From NCBI GenBank assembly GCA_046330055.1, contig JAXLTM010000014.1, positions 1,347 through 65,346 on the forward strand: DNA of 64,000 bases. The letters run 5' to 3'. The stretch is from Bacteroidia bacterium (GTDB lineage Bacteria; Bacteroidota; Bacteroidia; AKYH767-A; 2013-40CM-41-45). Shown one piece after another: positions 11,081 through 22,480 of this stretch. The notes beneath the pieces are model-generated. The model did not search any database. It was given only the letters and a program-made list of their open reading frames with translations, and was not told the DNA's origin. The position numbers and the translations under genes are program-made. The first letter of the stretch is position 1. Each line of letters begins with the position of its first letter.

Positions 11081-11268
11081 GGACGATTAGTTTGTTTATT
11101 TCCATGCAATATTAGAGGGGGCCTTCATCGCGATTTTATGCGCAGGATCATAATGACGAGAAACATGTTTTTCTCCGAATATTCATAGTGAGATAAAAAT
11201 GCTTACAAAAAGAAAATGCCTGAAAATTTTTCATTTAAGCAGAAATGCATAACTTTGCTTAGACGATT

Positions 11269-11282
11269 TTGATACGTGTCAC
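11269..11282. promoter_or_regulatory. Candidate Crp/Fnr-family box TTGAT-ACGT-GTCAC
   Basis: It differs by 2 of 10 half-site bases from the TTGAT-N4-ATCAA consensus (1 of 10 from the TTGAT-N4-GTCAA variant). It sits in the divergent region between the nos operon and the Crp/Fnr gene. Confidence 0.3.
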
Positions 11283-11354
11283 AGTTTTTACTGCGAAAAG
11301 TCATGTAAAATTCTGTTGGCAGTTTTGATTTATTAAGAAATCTTGCAGGCCGAA

Positions 11355-11948
11355 ATGATTAGCGTAGATTTATTACTCGCCTGGGGCGGATCCTACAAAA
11401 AATTTGAGGGCGGTGAATTGATTTTTGAAGAAGGATCAAATTGCTACTTCTATCATCAGCTTGTGTCCGGAAAAGTAAAATGGGTGAATGTAAATGACGA
11501 AGGAAAAGAATACATTCAAAATATAGTTGAGCCCGGAGAAAGTTTCGGAGAAATTCCGCTTTTCGATGACGGTCTGTATGTTGCCACAGCCATCGCAATT
11601 GAAGCATGTGTGGTGATACGCTTGCCGAAGAAAACATTTATACAAGTAATGATGGACAATCCCGATCTCAGTTTTGCATTCGGAAGATTACTTGCCCGTC
11701 GACTCCGTTACAAATTCATTATTCTTAAAACAAATGCTTTCGAAAATCCTGAAAAACGGATCACCGTTCTTTTAAATTACCTCAAGCAGGAAAAGCAAAT
11801 GCATGGTGACGAGCCTTTCTTAGTCGACCTCACCCGCCAGCAAATCGCCAACATGACCGGCCTCCGTGTCGAAACCGTCATCCGCACCATTCGCCAGATG
11901 AATGAAAGAGGAGAGTTGGTGATTGAGCATGGCAAGATTTTTCTTTAG
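11355..11948 (+). CDS. Crp/Fnr family transcriptional regulator
   Basis: It has a cNMP-binding-like barrel (GESFGEIPLFD) and a C-terminal HTH (LTRQQIANMTGLRVETVIRTIRQM). I prefer the ATG at 11355 to the TTG at 11343. Confidence 0.85.
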   Translation: MISVDLLLAWGGSYKKFEGGELIFEEGSNCYFYHQLVSGKVKWVNVNDEGKEYIQNIVEPGESFGEIPLFDDGLYVATAIAIEACVVIRLPKKTFIQVMMDNPDLSFAFGRLLARRLRYKFIILKTNAFENPEKRITVLLNYLKQEKQMHGDEPFLVDLTRQQIANMTGLRVETVIRTIRQMNERGELVIEHGKIFL

Positions 11949-11950
11949 AT

Positions 11951-12014
11951 GCTTGGTTGCTTGGTTGCTTGGTTGCTTGGTTGCTTGGTTGCTTGGTTGC
12001 TTAGTTGCTTGGTC
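11951..12014. repeat. Tandem octamer (GCTTGGTT) x8
   Basis: Read directly. It starts 3 nt after the regulator stop. Confidence 0.95.
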
Positions 12015-12019
12015 CCTTA

Positions 12020-12090
12020 ATTAGCACATTAGCACATTAGGACATTAGCATATTAGCATATTAGCATATTAGCATATTAGCACATTATTA
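12020..12090. repeat. Tandem octamer (ATTAGCAY), about 8.5 units
   Basis: Read directly. Confidence 0.95.
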
Positions 12091-12172
12091 GTGGATGTGG
12101 AAGTGGATGAAGAAGTTTTAAGTAATGAAAATTGTAGACGCGAAAGTCATGTGCCATCCAAATAGTTCGTGA

Positions 12173-12202
12173 TAATTAGCTAATCAGCTAATTAGCTAAT
12201 TC
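12173..12202. repeat. Tandem octamer (TAATYAGC), about 3.7 units
   Basis: Read directly. Confidence 0.9.
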
Positions 12203-12255
12203 CCTTATGATCTCAATCATACCCCTGCCCACCAAAATTTCAACTACTTTGCGCC

Positions 12256-13464
12256 ATGTTCAGTGAATACAAACCCTGGGTGCGGTTTGCAGTTTTTAAC
12301 TTGCTTATTGTGGCCGGGATTGGAGTGGTATTGCGATATAAGATTGCTTTCTCTCTTCCGTGGGTGGATCAGAAAAATTTATTGCAGAGTCATTCTCACT
12401 TTGCATTTGCAGGATGGCTGACGCAATTACTGATGACTCTGGTAGTGCGTTATCTGAATAAACACGGAATTGAACAGGCCTTGTTGCGTTACAAATGGGT
12501 GCTGATTGCAAATGGTGTCACAGCATATGGTATGCTGGTTACTTTTCCGTTTGAAGGATACGGTTTGTTTTCCATCATCTTCTCGACACTCAGCATTTTC
12601 GTGAGTTATGCTTTTGCTATCTTGGTTTTTTATGATGCGCATAAGTTGAAGAAGGGGACAGCATCTATGGCTTCAATAAAAGCATCAGTAGCATTTAATG
12701 CTATTAGTTCAATCGGTGCATTTAGTCTGGCTTATATGATGGCCACACATAATCATCACGAACGTTTGTACCTGATGGCGATTTACTTTTTCCTGCATTT
12801 TCAGTACAACGGGTGGTTTTTCTTTGCGAGTATGGGTCTATTATTTGATTTACTTTCAGATCTGAAACACAGGAGCGGGAAGCAGTGGGTCGCTTTCCGC
12901 TCTTTCTTCTACAGTTGTTTCCCTGCCTACTTTCTCTCTGTGTTATGGCTAAAACTTCCCGTCATCATTTATTCCGTTGTTGTGCTTAGTGCTTTCATTC
13001 AGTTAATTGCCTGGATAATTCTTTGGCCTCAATTAAGAGAGTGGTCTAGAAAAGTAAATACGGAAAATCGCACCGGATTTTGGTTGCTCGTTTTATCTGC
13101 ACTTGCATTCACGATTAAACTCCTTCTTCAGGCAGGATCAACTCATCCGTCATTGAGCCAACTCGCATTCGGATTTCGTCCGATCGTAATTGGTTACCTC
13201 CATTTGGTATTACTCGGTGTCATCAGCATTTTCCTTTTGGCTTATATTTATTCTGAAAGGCTATTAGCTGACAATAAATCTTTAAAAATCGGTCTTGTCA
13301 TTTTTATTTCCGGAATCATCATCAATGAAATTCTCCTCATGATTCAAGGTGTCTGCGGCATTCAATTGATCACGATCGATTCAATCAACTATTACCTCTT
13401 CGCCGCCGCGCTGATTATGTTCAGCGGTGTAGCAGTGGTAAATCGCAGCCAGATTTCGAATTAG
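12256..13464 (+). CDS. Polytopic (about 12 TM) membrane protein of unknown function; an NnrS-like role is suggested by context only
   Basis: It is a long hydrophobic ORF with conserved-looking His motifs (QSHSHFAFAGW, LHFQYNGW, GYLHLVLLG), downstream of the Crp/Fnr gene next to the nos cluster. Confidence 0.7.
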   Translation: MFSEYKPWVRFAVFNLLIVAGIGVVLRYKIAFSLPWVDQKNLLQSHSHFAFAGWLTQLLMTLVVRYLNKHGIEQALLRYKWVLIANGVTAYGMLVTFPFEGYGLFSIIFSTLSIFVSYAFAILVFYDAHKLKKGTASMASIKASVAFNAISSIGAFSLAYMMATHNHHERLYLMAIYFFLHFQYNGWFFFASMGLLFDLLSDLKHRSGKQWVAFRSFFYSCFPAYFLSVLWLKLPVIIYSVVVLSAFIQLIAWIILWPQLREWSRKVNTENRTGFWLLVLSALAFTIKLLLQAGSTHPSLSQLAFGFRPIVIGYLHLVLLGVISIFLLAYIYSERLLADNKSLKIGLVIFISGIIINEILLMIQGVCGIQLITIDSINYYLFAAALIMFSGVAVVNRSQISN

Positions 13465-13523
13465 CTAATGTGCAAATTAGCAGATTAGCAAATTAGCACA
13501 TCAGCTAATTAGCTAATTAGCCA
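13460..13523. repeat. Tandem octamers (ATTAGCNN) x8
   Basis: Read directly. It overlaps the stop codon of the membrane protein gene. Confidence 0.9.
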
Positions 13524-13560
13524 ATGATCGCAAGCAAGATCAATCCCCATGCATCTCTTT

Positions 13561-13588
13561 CAGAATTCAGAATTCAGAATTCAGAATT
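13561..13588. repeat. Tandem heptamer (CAGAATT) x4
   Basis: Read directly. Confidence 0.95.
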
Positions 13589-13590
13589 AA

Positions 13591-13621
13591 CTTCCGGCTT
13601 CTGACTTCTGGCTTTTGACTT
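13591..13621. repeat. Tandem heptamers (CTTCCGG/CTTCTGA/CTTCTGG/CTTTTGA)
   Basis: Read directly. Confidence 0.9.
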
Positions 13622-13652
13622 AAAAAAAAGCCCCCGTCTCCGGAGGCTCTTT
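13622..13652 (-). terminator. Putative intrinsic terminator of atpC
   Basis: On the minus strand GCCTCC-GGAGAC-GGGGGC forms a 6-bp stem with one G-U pair, followed by T8. Confidence 0.5.
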
Positions 13653-13673
13653 CTTAAATTAGTCTGTTGCATA

Positions 13674-13913
13674 CTACACCGACTCGGCGAGGATGATGAT
13701 TTTATTATTGAGGTTTTCTACCACTCCTCCTTTTACGTCGAACGTTTTTACGCCTTCTTTGTCTTTTACTTTCACTTTGCCGTTCAGCAGCGTGCTGATG
13801 ATCGGCGCGTGATTGTTGAGCATTTCAAAGCGGCCTTTGCTTCCGGGAACGGAAACAGAAGTAACATCGCCGGCGTAAACTTTTTTATCAGGAGTGATGA
13901 TTTCAAGTTTCAT
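13674..13913 (-). CDS. atpC: F1 ATP synthase epsilon subunit (short form)
   Basis: It is 79 aa with the N-terminal beta-sandwich sequence (LEIITPDK...VSVPGSKGRFEMLNNHAPII) and lies directly downstream of atpD. Confidence 0.9.
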   Translation of the reverse strand: MKLEIITPDKKVYAGDVTSVSVPGSKGRFEMLNNHAPIISTLLNGKVKVKDKEGVKTFDVKGGVVENLNNKIIILAESV

Positions 13914-13941
13914 GAGAAAGTTTGTTTGAGTGGTTCAATCC

Positions 13942-15471
<1,530 letters not shown>

Positions 15472-15641
15472 TTAAATTTCAGAGCGCGAAAGTAGGGTTT
15501 TTTCCTTGAAATCAGGCAGGCTGTTGGTAAAAATATGGCTGATTAATTATCGTCTTTTTACACCTCAGAATTCTTTGAATTTGGTGAAATTTCTCGGTTT
15601 TCCGATGCTTATTGAGTTCAGGAAATTGATACTTTTACCCC

Positions 15642-16946
15642 ATGACGGAATTGGAGAAAATCTATGCTGCTTATCTGCAAAACCATGCAGTTTCAACCGA
15701 TACACGCACGATTCTACCCGGATCGGTCTTTTTTGCACTGAAAGGCCCATCTTTTAACGGAAATGCTTTTGCGGAAAAGGCACTGGAGGCCGGGGCTTCC
15801 TTGGCAGTGATTGATGAAGAGGCGTATAAAAAAGACGATCGATTTGTGCTTGTCCCTGATGTGTTGAATGCCCTTCAGGATCTTGCCCGCCATCATCGTC
15901 GTCATCTTCAAATTCCTGTTCTTGCTGTTACCGGCTCTAACGGAAAAACGACAACGAAAGAATTAATTCGTTCAGTGATTTCAAAAAAATACAAGACGCT
16001 TGCCACGAAAGGCAATTTGAATAATCACATCGGAGTGCCATTGACAATTTTATCCATCACACCCGACATTGATTTTGCCGTAATTGAAATGGGCGCGAAT
16101 CATCAGAAGGAAATTGAATTGTTGTGTTCCATTGCTGACCCGGATTTTGGTTTGATCACCAACGTGGGCAAGGCACATCTCGAAGGGTTTGGTGGTTTCG
16201 AAGGTGTGAAAAAAGGAAAGGGCGAGATGTATGCTCATCTTTCTCAAAAAGGGAAACTTGCTTTTGTGAATGCAGACAATGCGCACCTGATGAGTATGAT
16301 GACAGTACACAAACCTTCCTCTGTTCTGACTTATGGAACATCGGACGGTGTGTATTGCAGAGGTGAACTGGTTACTTCAGAGCCAACTGTATGTATGAAT
16401 TGGAAATGTGAGAGTGCTTTCGGTGAAATTCAGTCGCAGATAATCGGCGCCTACAATTTTGAAAATATTTTAAGTGCAGTTTGCATCGGAAATTATTTCA
16501 GAGTAAAACCTGAAGATATTTCAGAAGCCGTTGCATCATATGTTCCGGATAACAGTCGTTCGCAGATTGTAAAGAAGGGAAGTAATACCATTGTCCTGGA
16601 TGCTTATAATGCCAATCCAACCAGCATGGAAGCAGCTCTGAAGAATTTCTCAAAGATGCCGGCAACCAAACGAATCATCTGCATTGGCGACATGGCCGAA
16701 CTTGGCGAAGAGAGCAAGCCGGAACATGAGAAAATTATAGCACAGTTGAAAGGAATGAATTTTGATTTGTTAATTTTAGTCGGAAAAAATTTCGGTGAAT
16801 TTGCTTCTGAAATTACGTGTAAACATTTCGCTGATTCTGCGCAGGCGTCGCACTGGCTGAAAGAATTTCATCCTGTTGACTCATTGCTTCTCATCAAAGG
16901 CTCGCGTAGCAGTAAGATGGAGTTGCTGGTGGATGCTGTTGTTTAG
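15642..16946 (+). CDS. murF: UDP-N-acetylmuramoyl-tripeptide--D-alanyl-D-alanine ligase
   Basis: It has the Mur ligase P-loop (VTGSNGKTTTKE), DAYNANPTSM and the N-terminal FFALKG motif. Confidence 0.9.
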   Translation: MTELEKIYAAYLQNHAVSTDTRTILPGSVFFALKGPSFNGNAFAEKALEAGASLAVIDEEAYKKDDRFVLVPDVLNALQDLARHHRRHLQIPVLAVTGSNGKTTTKELIRSVISKKYKTLATKGNLNNHIGVPLTILSITPDIDFAVIEMGANHQKEIELLCSIADPDFGLITNVGKAHLEGFGGFEGVKKGKGEMYAHLSQKGKLAFVNADNAHLMSMMTVHKPSSVLTYGTSDGVYCRGELVTSEPTVCMNWKCESAFGEIQSQIIGAYNFENILSAVCIGNYFRVKPEDISEAVASYVPDNSRSQIVKKGSNTIVLDAYNANPTSMEAALKNFSKMPATKRIICIGDMAELGEESKPEHEKIIAQLKGMNFDLLILVGKNFGEFASEITCKHFADSAQASHWLKEFHPVDSLLLIKGSRSSKMELLVDAVV

Positions 16947-17055
16947 TTGGTTGCATGGTTGTAAATATGGTTGATGTTTGATTGAAGTGTTTATTCATTG
17001 TCTCAGTTGCAATCTGTGCTAGAAGACCTGCCTCTTCAATTAAACCGTTTCATCA

Positions 17056-17510
17056 ATTCGGAAACATTTTCAAAATCAATTTCCATATCATGTGAACAAA
17101 TAGGTCGCCCCTCCGGGGCAGGGCCGTTGGTTGTGATGAATTATTATGAAATCGTTTCGTCGATTCGGAAAATATTTCAAAATCAATTTCCATATTATGT
17201 GAACAAACAGGTCGCCCCTCCGGGGCTTAATTATCATTGGTGCTGTTTTTTCTACGTACAGGTCGCCCCTCCGGGGCAGGGCCGTTGGTTGGAACGAATT
17301 GCTGACGGCAAATAAGATTGCGATGTGTTTTCTTTTATCAACGATTTGTGATTGAAATTTTCAAATCGAAATTCACCCTGTTAAATGAACCTGACGATTG
17401 CCTACTTCCGCCGCAGCCCCATCGGGGCTCCCTGTCAGTAGCAAAATAATATCGGCAAGAACAAAGCCCCGTAGGGGCGACCTGTTATACCATTCTGAAA
17501 TCATTTTCCG
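17056..17510. repeat. Cluster of 3 direct copies and 1 inverted copy of a 35-80 nt element carrying a GCCCC-NNN-GGGGC hairpin (REP/MITE-like)
   Basis: The copies lie at 17056-17133, 17163-17226, 17258-17292 (partial) and inverted at 17463-17510. The shared core is ACAGGTCGCCCCTCCGGGGC. A further AGCCCCATCGGGGCT hairpin lies at about 17416. Confidence 0.8.
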
Positions 17511-17823
17511 AATATGTTTTGAATTCCTCCCTCTCAAAATTATCCGGTAAATCCGAAATCAGATAAATCCCGGTATAATATCAGAATCGTTGTCAATAAT
17601 GGTACAGGATCGAATTATCCAATTGGTTCCGGCATTCTAATTAGTATGTCAAACGCATTTGAATTTCCGGCGCCTCATTAGTGGTAATAGTAAGGGTAGG
17701 CATTCAAAAAATCCGGTCAATTACAATTGTCATCATAAATCATTATCAAAAAATAAAATCCATAGGCAACAAAAAGTGTTTCTAAAAAAGCTAAGTTTCG
17801 CAAAGAAGCAAATCGCCTATCCA

Positions 17824-17953
17824 CCAACCAATCCACCAATCAACTAATCAACCAATCAACTAATCAACTAATCAACTAATCAACTAATCAACTAATTAAC
17901 TAATTAACTAATTAACTAATCAACTAATCAACTAATCAACCAATCAACCAACC
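17824..17953. repeat. Tandem octamer (TCAACTAA/TCAACCAA/TTAACTAA), about 16 units
   Basis: Read directly. It abuts the stop codon of the first Wzc gene. Confidence 0.95.
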
Positions 17954-17955
17954 AC

Positions 17956-20325
17956 CTACTTCCTTCTCCCAAAAACCCTCTTCTTACCCTTCTCCTCATC
18001 GTAATATCCATAGCCGTAATAGCCATAACTGTATCCGTAACCGTAACCATAGCGTTGGTTGGTGCCGGCGTCATTTAAAAGGATGCAGAGATTGTTTACC
18101 ATCCCCTGTGAATAATAATCGTTAATGGTTTTGATGTAATCTTTCTTTGAATAATTTTCGCGCAGAATGAAAACATTTACATCGGCAAGTTTCATTAACA
18201 TCATGGCATCACTGACAATTCCTACCGGCGGAGTGTCAATGAAAATGTAGTCGTATTTATCGCGTAGTCCTTCGAGTAAAATTTTTGTTTCCTTCTTGGC
18301 AAGCAACTCAGCCGGATTCGGAGGAATCGGTCCGGAAGGAATTATATCGAGTCCGTGAATCTTTGTGGAATGAATTACACTTTCCAACGTACTCTTCCCA
18401 ATCAGATAAGTACTCACACCAATTTCATTACTTACGCCAAGATCCTGAACAAGCTGTGGCTTGCGAAGATCCATCCCAACGATAATTACACGATGGCCTT
18501 GAAGAGAAAGTACAGTTGCAAGATTAAGTGTAGAGAAAGATTTTCCTTCACCACCAACACTGGAAGTGATGAGAACAATTTTATGCTGATCAGCCAGACC
18601 GAAGAACATCAGATTAGCCCGTATCGAACGGAAGGCTTCTGCAATAGATGATTTCGGTTTCGTTGAAACAACCAGACGTTCGTCGCCATGCAAATGTCCA
18701 ACTACTCCGATAATCGGAATCTTCGTCAACTTCTCAATGTCGTCGCGATTGCTGATGGTATTCTTAATATAGCCTTGAAGTAGAACTACAACTACAGGCA
18801 CAATCAAGGCCAGCATAAGTGTGATGATGAAAACAGCTTTCTTATTAGGTATTACCGGAATATCATTAGCGGCAGCATTGTCGAGCACTTTGTTGTCGGA
18901 CACTGCAGTTGCTTTGGCAATACCTGTCTCTGCTTTCTTCTGCAGCAGGTAGAGATAAATGTTTTCGTTAACAGTAAAGTTTCGCTGTATGCCCAGGAGC
19001 TCGCGTTCGATATTCGGGATTTTACGAATAGAATTTTCATAAGAGTTCAACTGATTGTTGATTCCTGCGAGATTAGTCTTGGTGAGATTCCGGATGTTGT
19101 TGATGTTCTCAATCAACGCTTTTTTCGTCTGCTCAATTTGTTCATCTATGACTTTCACTGCCGGTGATTGACTTGGAGCAGATCCGTACGACAAACTCTT
19201 TCTTTTCGACTGAAGTGTTTTTAATTCAGTGATGAGATCAATCAGCAGAGGATCGGGAGCGCCGAGGCTGGATGGCGCCAGAGCCTCTAAATCCTTGTTG
19301 TTTGTTACGTAATTGTAAAGGTAGTCGAGTGATTTCAAATCAATCTCAGCCTTCACGCGGTTTTCGTCAACAGCGGTAACGCGTTCCAGGTAGGCTTTCG
19401 ATTCCTCGCTCAGGTCAACCGTTCCTTTTTGCTCCTTGAACTTCTGCAATTCAAGTTCAGTCGTGTTCAGTGTTTTTGAAATTTCTTCGAGTTGTTCATC
19501 TACAAATTTCAAGGTAAGTGCAGCAACGGAAGATTTGTCTTTAACATCACGGTTGATGTAGACTTTACCAAGTGTATTCAGAAAGTCAATAGCTCTTTGT
19601 TTTACTTTGTCCTGAACACTTACATTGACGATCGTTGCATCCTTGTTCATTGGTTCCACTTTCAGCTTCTCATTGTAATAGTTGAGAAGTGTGGTCATGG
19701 AATTGATAGTGAAAATGAATTCGTCGTTGGCATCGGTTCCTGCAGAGTCATTCTGAGTGATGACTATACTAAAATACGGCGTCTTAATTTCTTCACCGAA
19801 GCGATGCGTTCCTTTGTAAGAGTAATTCAGTTGATGATTGCTGATGTCTGTTTCAAGAGTGAAATGATCTTTATCGGTTTTCTTCAGTTCGAATTTCTCA
19901 TCATAAATTCCTTCGGAAACAAAATTCGGAGTAACGGAGAATGGTGAATTCTTATAAACGGGATAATTGAAGAAGGTCGATTTGCCAAAGTAACTGACTC
20001 CCAGATTCAGTTCGTTTATCGTTTCTTCCAGTATCGTACGGGAGCGGAGGATGCCGATTTCCGTAGCCACATTTTTTGTGTTACCAAAGAGGTCGCCGGT
20101 GAGAATGTCTTCGATGTTCTTTGAAGTATTCTTTGAGTCTTTGATCAATACGCTGCTTGACGCCTCATAAACCGGAAGCGTTAATTTGATATACAGAAAC
20201 GCTCCGATGAAGAACAGAAAAAAGGACACAAGAAAATAATGCCACTTTTTACGGATGTTGTAAAAGAGCAAACGCAGATCGATTTCATCATCGTGCTTTC
20301 TTTGCGTTTCAGCGTTCGTTCTCAT
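17956..20325 (-). CDS. Polysaccharide co-polymerase / tyrosine autokinase (Wzc/GumC-like)
   Basis: It has an N-terminal Wzz domain with two TMs, a coiled coil, a kinase P-loop (SSVGGEGKS), Walker B (IFIDTPP) and a Tyr-rich tail (YGYGYGYSYGYYGYGYY). Confidence 0.92.
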   Translation of the reverse strand: MRTNAETQRKHDDEIDLRLLFYNIRKKWHYFLVSFFLFFIGAFLYIKLTLPVYEASSSVLIKDSKNTSKNIEDILTGDLFGNTKNVATEIGILRSRTILEETINELNLGVSYFGKSTFFNYPVYKNSPFSVTPNFVSEGIYDEKFELKKTDKDHFTLETDISNHQLNYSYKGTHRFGEEIKTPYFSIVITQNDSAGTDANDEFIFTINSMTTLLNYYNEKLKVEPMNKDATIVNVSVQDKVKQRAIDFLNTLGKVYINRDVKDKSSVAALTLKFVDEQLEEISKTLNTTELELQKFKEQKGTVDLSEESKAYLERVTAVDENRVKAEIDLKSLDYLYNYVTNNKDLEALAPSSLGAPDPLLIDLITELKTLQSKRKSLSYGSAPSQSPAVKVIDEQIEQTKKALIENINNIRNLTKTNLAGINNQLNSYENSIRKIPNIERELLGIQRNFTVNENIYLYLLQKKAETGIAKATAVSDNKVLDNAAANDIPVIPNKKAVFIITLMLALIVPVVVVLLQGYIKNTISNRDDIEKLTKIPIIGVVGHLHGDERLVVSTKPKSSIAEAFRSIRANLMFFGLADQHKIVLITSSVGGEGKSFSTLNLATVLSLQGHRVIIVGMDLRKPQLVQDLGVSNEIGVSTYLIGKSTLESVIHSTKIHGLDIIPSGPIPPNPAELLAKKETKILLEGLRDKYDYIFIDTPPVGIVSDAMMLMKLADVNVFILRENYSKKDYIKTINDYYSQGMVNNLCILLNDAGTNQRYGYGYGYSYGYYGYGYYDEEKGKKRVFGRRK

Positions 20326-21089
20326 TAGTTTTTATTGTTGGTGATAATGAAAGTCATCACAACAACGGCCGTTGTGAGAATGGATGTGAAAATGGTAACG
20401 GAAGGAGAGATATTCTGAAAATTTCTTCGAGTGACCGGTGAGATGTAAATCACATCATCAGGATGAAGAAAATAAACATCAGGCGTAAGTGATTTTGCAT
20501 TCGTTAGGTCAACGCTGAATTCTTTTGTAGAATTATTTTCTGTGCGAATTATTCTCACTGTCTTGCGATCGCCGAATTGAGACAGATCACCGGCCAGTCC
20601 GGAGTGCTTCGAGCAGCGTTACCCTTTCATTCATGATCGGGTAAGTTCCAGGTTGTTTACTTCACCGAGTACGGTAACTTTGAAGTTAAGTTTTTTAACT
20701 GTCACGATCGGATCGTTGATGTAAAGCTTAAATTTTTCTTCGATGAGTGATGTGGCCGCGGGAATTGTAAGTCCGGTCAGATTGACGGCTCCGATCAGAG
20801 GTAATTTTAATTCGCCTTTATCATTCAGCACATAGCCTTTTTCATAAGGCGAACGATTGTCGCTCACCGGCTTTTCCATTCCGCCGGCCAGATATGGAAA
20901 GGCCTCGCTGTTGATCGTGAAGATGGAAACGGAGAGAATGTCGCCCGGATAAATTCTGACAACGGAATTACTATCGGCTTTCAATGCCGGAATTTCTCCC
21001 TGGAAGTAAATGACGTTTTTCTGTGATGTACACGAAAAAGCAAATACGATGGAAAGAAGAATGAAATATCGGAACAATTGAATTTTCAT
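20325..21089 (-). pseudogene. Wza-like polysaccharide export outer-membrane protein, two frameshifts
   Basis: The ORFs 20631-21089 and 20325-20558 are bridged by PGTYPIMNERVTLLEAL and GLAGDLSQFGDRKTV in other frames. The shifts fall at short C runs near 20630 and 20590. Confidence 0.8.
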
Positions 21090-21122
21090 TTGTTCAGTTG
21101 AGGTGCAATTTTTAAAAGAGAA

Positions 21123-22265
21123 TTATTTTCCCAGGATAGTGCGGGAGATAACGATTTTCTGTACTTCGCTCGTTCCTTCATAAATCTGAGTGATCTTCGC
21201 GTCACGCATCAATCGTTCAACGTGGAATTCTTTTACATAGCCGTAGCCGCCGTGAATCTGAACGGCTTCAACCGTAGTTTCCATGGCAACGCGGGAAGCG
21301 AAGAGTTTCGCCATCGATGCTGAAAGTCCGTAGTCGAGGTGCTGATCTTTCATCCATGCCGCTTTCAGACAGAGCAAACGGGCTGCTTCAATTTCAGTGG
21401 CCATATCAGCTAACTTAAATTGAATAGCCTGATGCTGGCTGATCGGAACGCCGAAAGCTTTTCTTTCTTTCGAATAGGCGAGTGCTAATTCATACGCACC
21501 TGATGCAATACCGAGAGCTTGTGAAGCGATACCGATTCTTCCGCCGGTCAATGTCTTCATTGCGAATTTGAACCCGAAGCCATCTTCACCTATACGATTT
21601 TTCTTCGGCACTTTCACATCGGTAAACATCAGAGAGTGTGTATCACTGCCGCGAATACCGAGTTTGTTTTCTTTAGGGCCGATAGTAAATCCCGGAGCTC
21701 CCTTTTCGACGATCAACGCATTGATTCCTTTGTGGCCTTTTGCTACATCGGTTTGCGCCATAACTAAATAAACGGAAGCATTTGAACCATTGGTAATCCA
21801 ATTTTTTGTTCCGTTCAGAATATAGTGATCACCTGCATCAACGGCAGTGGTATGCTGTGAAGTTGCATCGGATCCTGCTTCCGGTTCAGAGAGGCAGAAC
21901 GCTCCGATGATTTCCCCTTTCGCAAGAGGAACGAGATATTTTTGTTTTTGCTCTTCAGTGCCGAAAGCTTCAAGGCCCCAGCAAACAAGTGAGTTGTTTA
22001 CTGACATCACAACTGAAGCAGAAGCGTCCACTTTGGAAATTTCTTCCATGGCGAGTACGTAGGAAATCGTGTCCATTCCGCCGCCGCCGTATTGAGGACT
22101 CACCATCATTCCGAGAAAACCGAGCTCGCCCATTTTTTTGATTTGCTCTGCCGGGAATTTTTGGTGTTCATCACGTTCGATGACTCCCGGTTTTAATTCA
22201 TTTTGTGCAAAATCACGTGCCGCATCGCGGATCATAATGTGCTCTTCACTCAGCTCGAAATTCAT
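21123..22265 (-). CDS. Acyl-CoA dehydrogenase (short/medium-chain type)
   Basis: It is conserved over its full 380 aa, including the catalytic-base region YEGTSEVQ and GGYGY. Confidence 0.95.
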   Translation of the reverse strand: MNFELSEEHIMIRDAARDFAQNELKPGVIERDEHQKFPAEQIKKMGELGFLGMMVSPQYGGGGMDTISYVLAMEEISKVDASASVVMSVNNSLVCWGLEAFGTEEQKQKYLVPLAKGEIIGAFCLSEPEAGSDATSQHTTAVDAGDHYILNGTKNWITNGSNASVYLVMAQTDVAKGHKGINALIVEKGAPGFTIGPKENKLGIRGSDTHSLMFTDVKVPKKNRIGEDGFGFKFAMKTLTGGRIGIASQALGIASGAYELALAYSKERKAFGVPISQHQAIQFKLADMATEIEAARLLCLKAAWMKDQHLDYGLSASMAKLFASRVAMETTVEAVQIHGGYGYVKEFHVERLMRDAKITQIYEGTSEVQKIVISRTILGK

Positions 22266-22480
22266 AATAGGGTAATGTTGAAAGATCAGGGATGAACCCT
22301 TGATCCGGTGTTGATATTCGGATTAATTTAGGACGACGAAGCTACACGAATAAATCGTCATTCCCAAGCGAAAAGTGAATGCCTTTGTGCTTGGGAATCA
22401 GTAGAATAGTGTCGCAGGAAGTCGGTTGTAAAGTCAACTTTTCATCTTCCCTGCATTCGTAAAAGAGCTTTGTAAATCAG

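Noticed and set aside
17056-17292. A possible CRISPR array (repeats of about 65-78 nt separated by short unique segments)
   Set aside because: Only 2-3 copies exist and their lengths vary. They contain a strong internal hairpin plus AT-rich arms, one copy is inverted, and no cas genes or leader are present. They fit REP/MITE-like elements better.
16998-17315. A 105-aa ORF spanning the hairpin repeats (contains GRPSGAGPLV / QVAPPGL twice)
   Set aside because: The repeated peptides are translations of the GC-rich hairpin element. The ORF has no start context or coding-like composition and lies across repeat copies.
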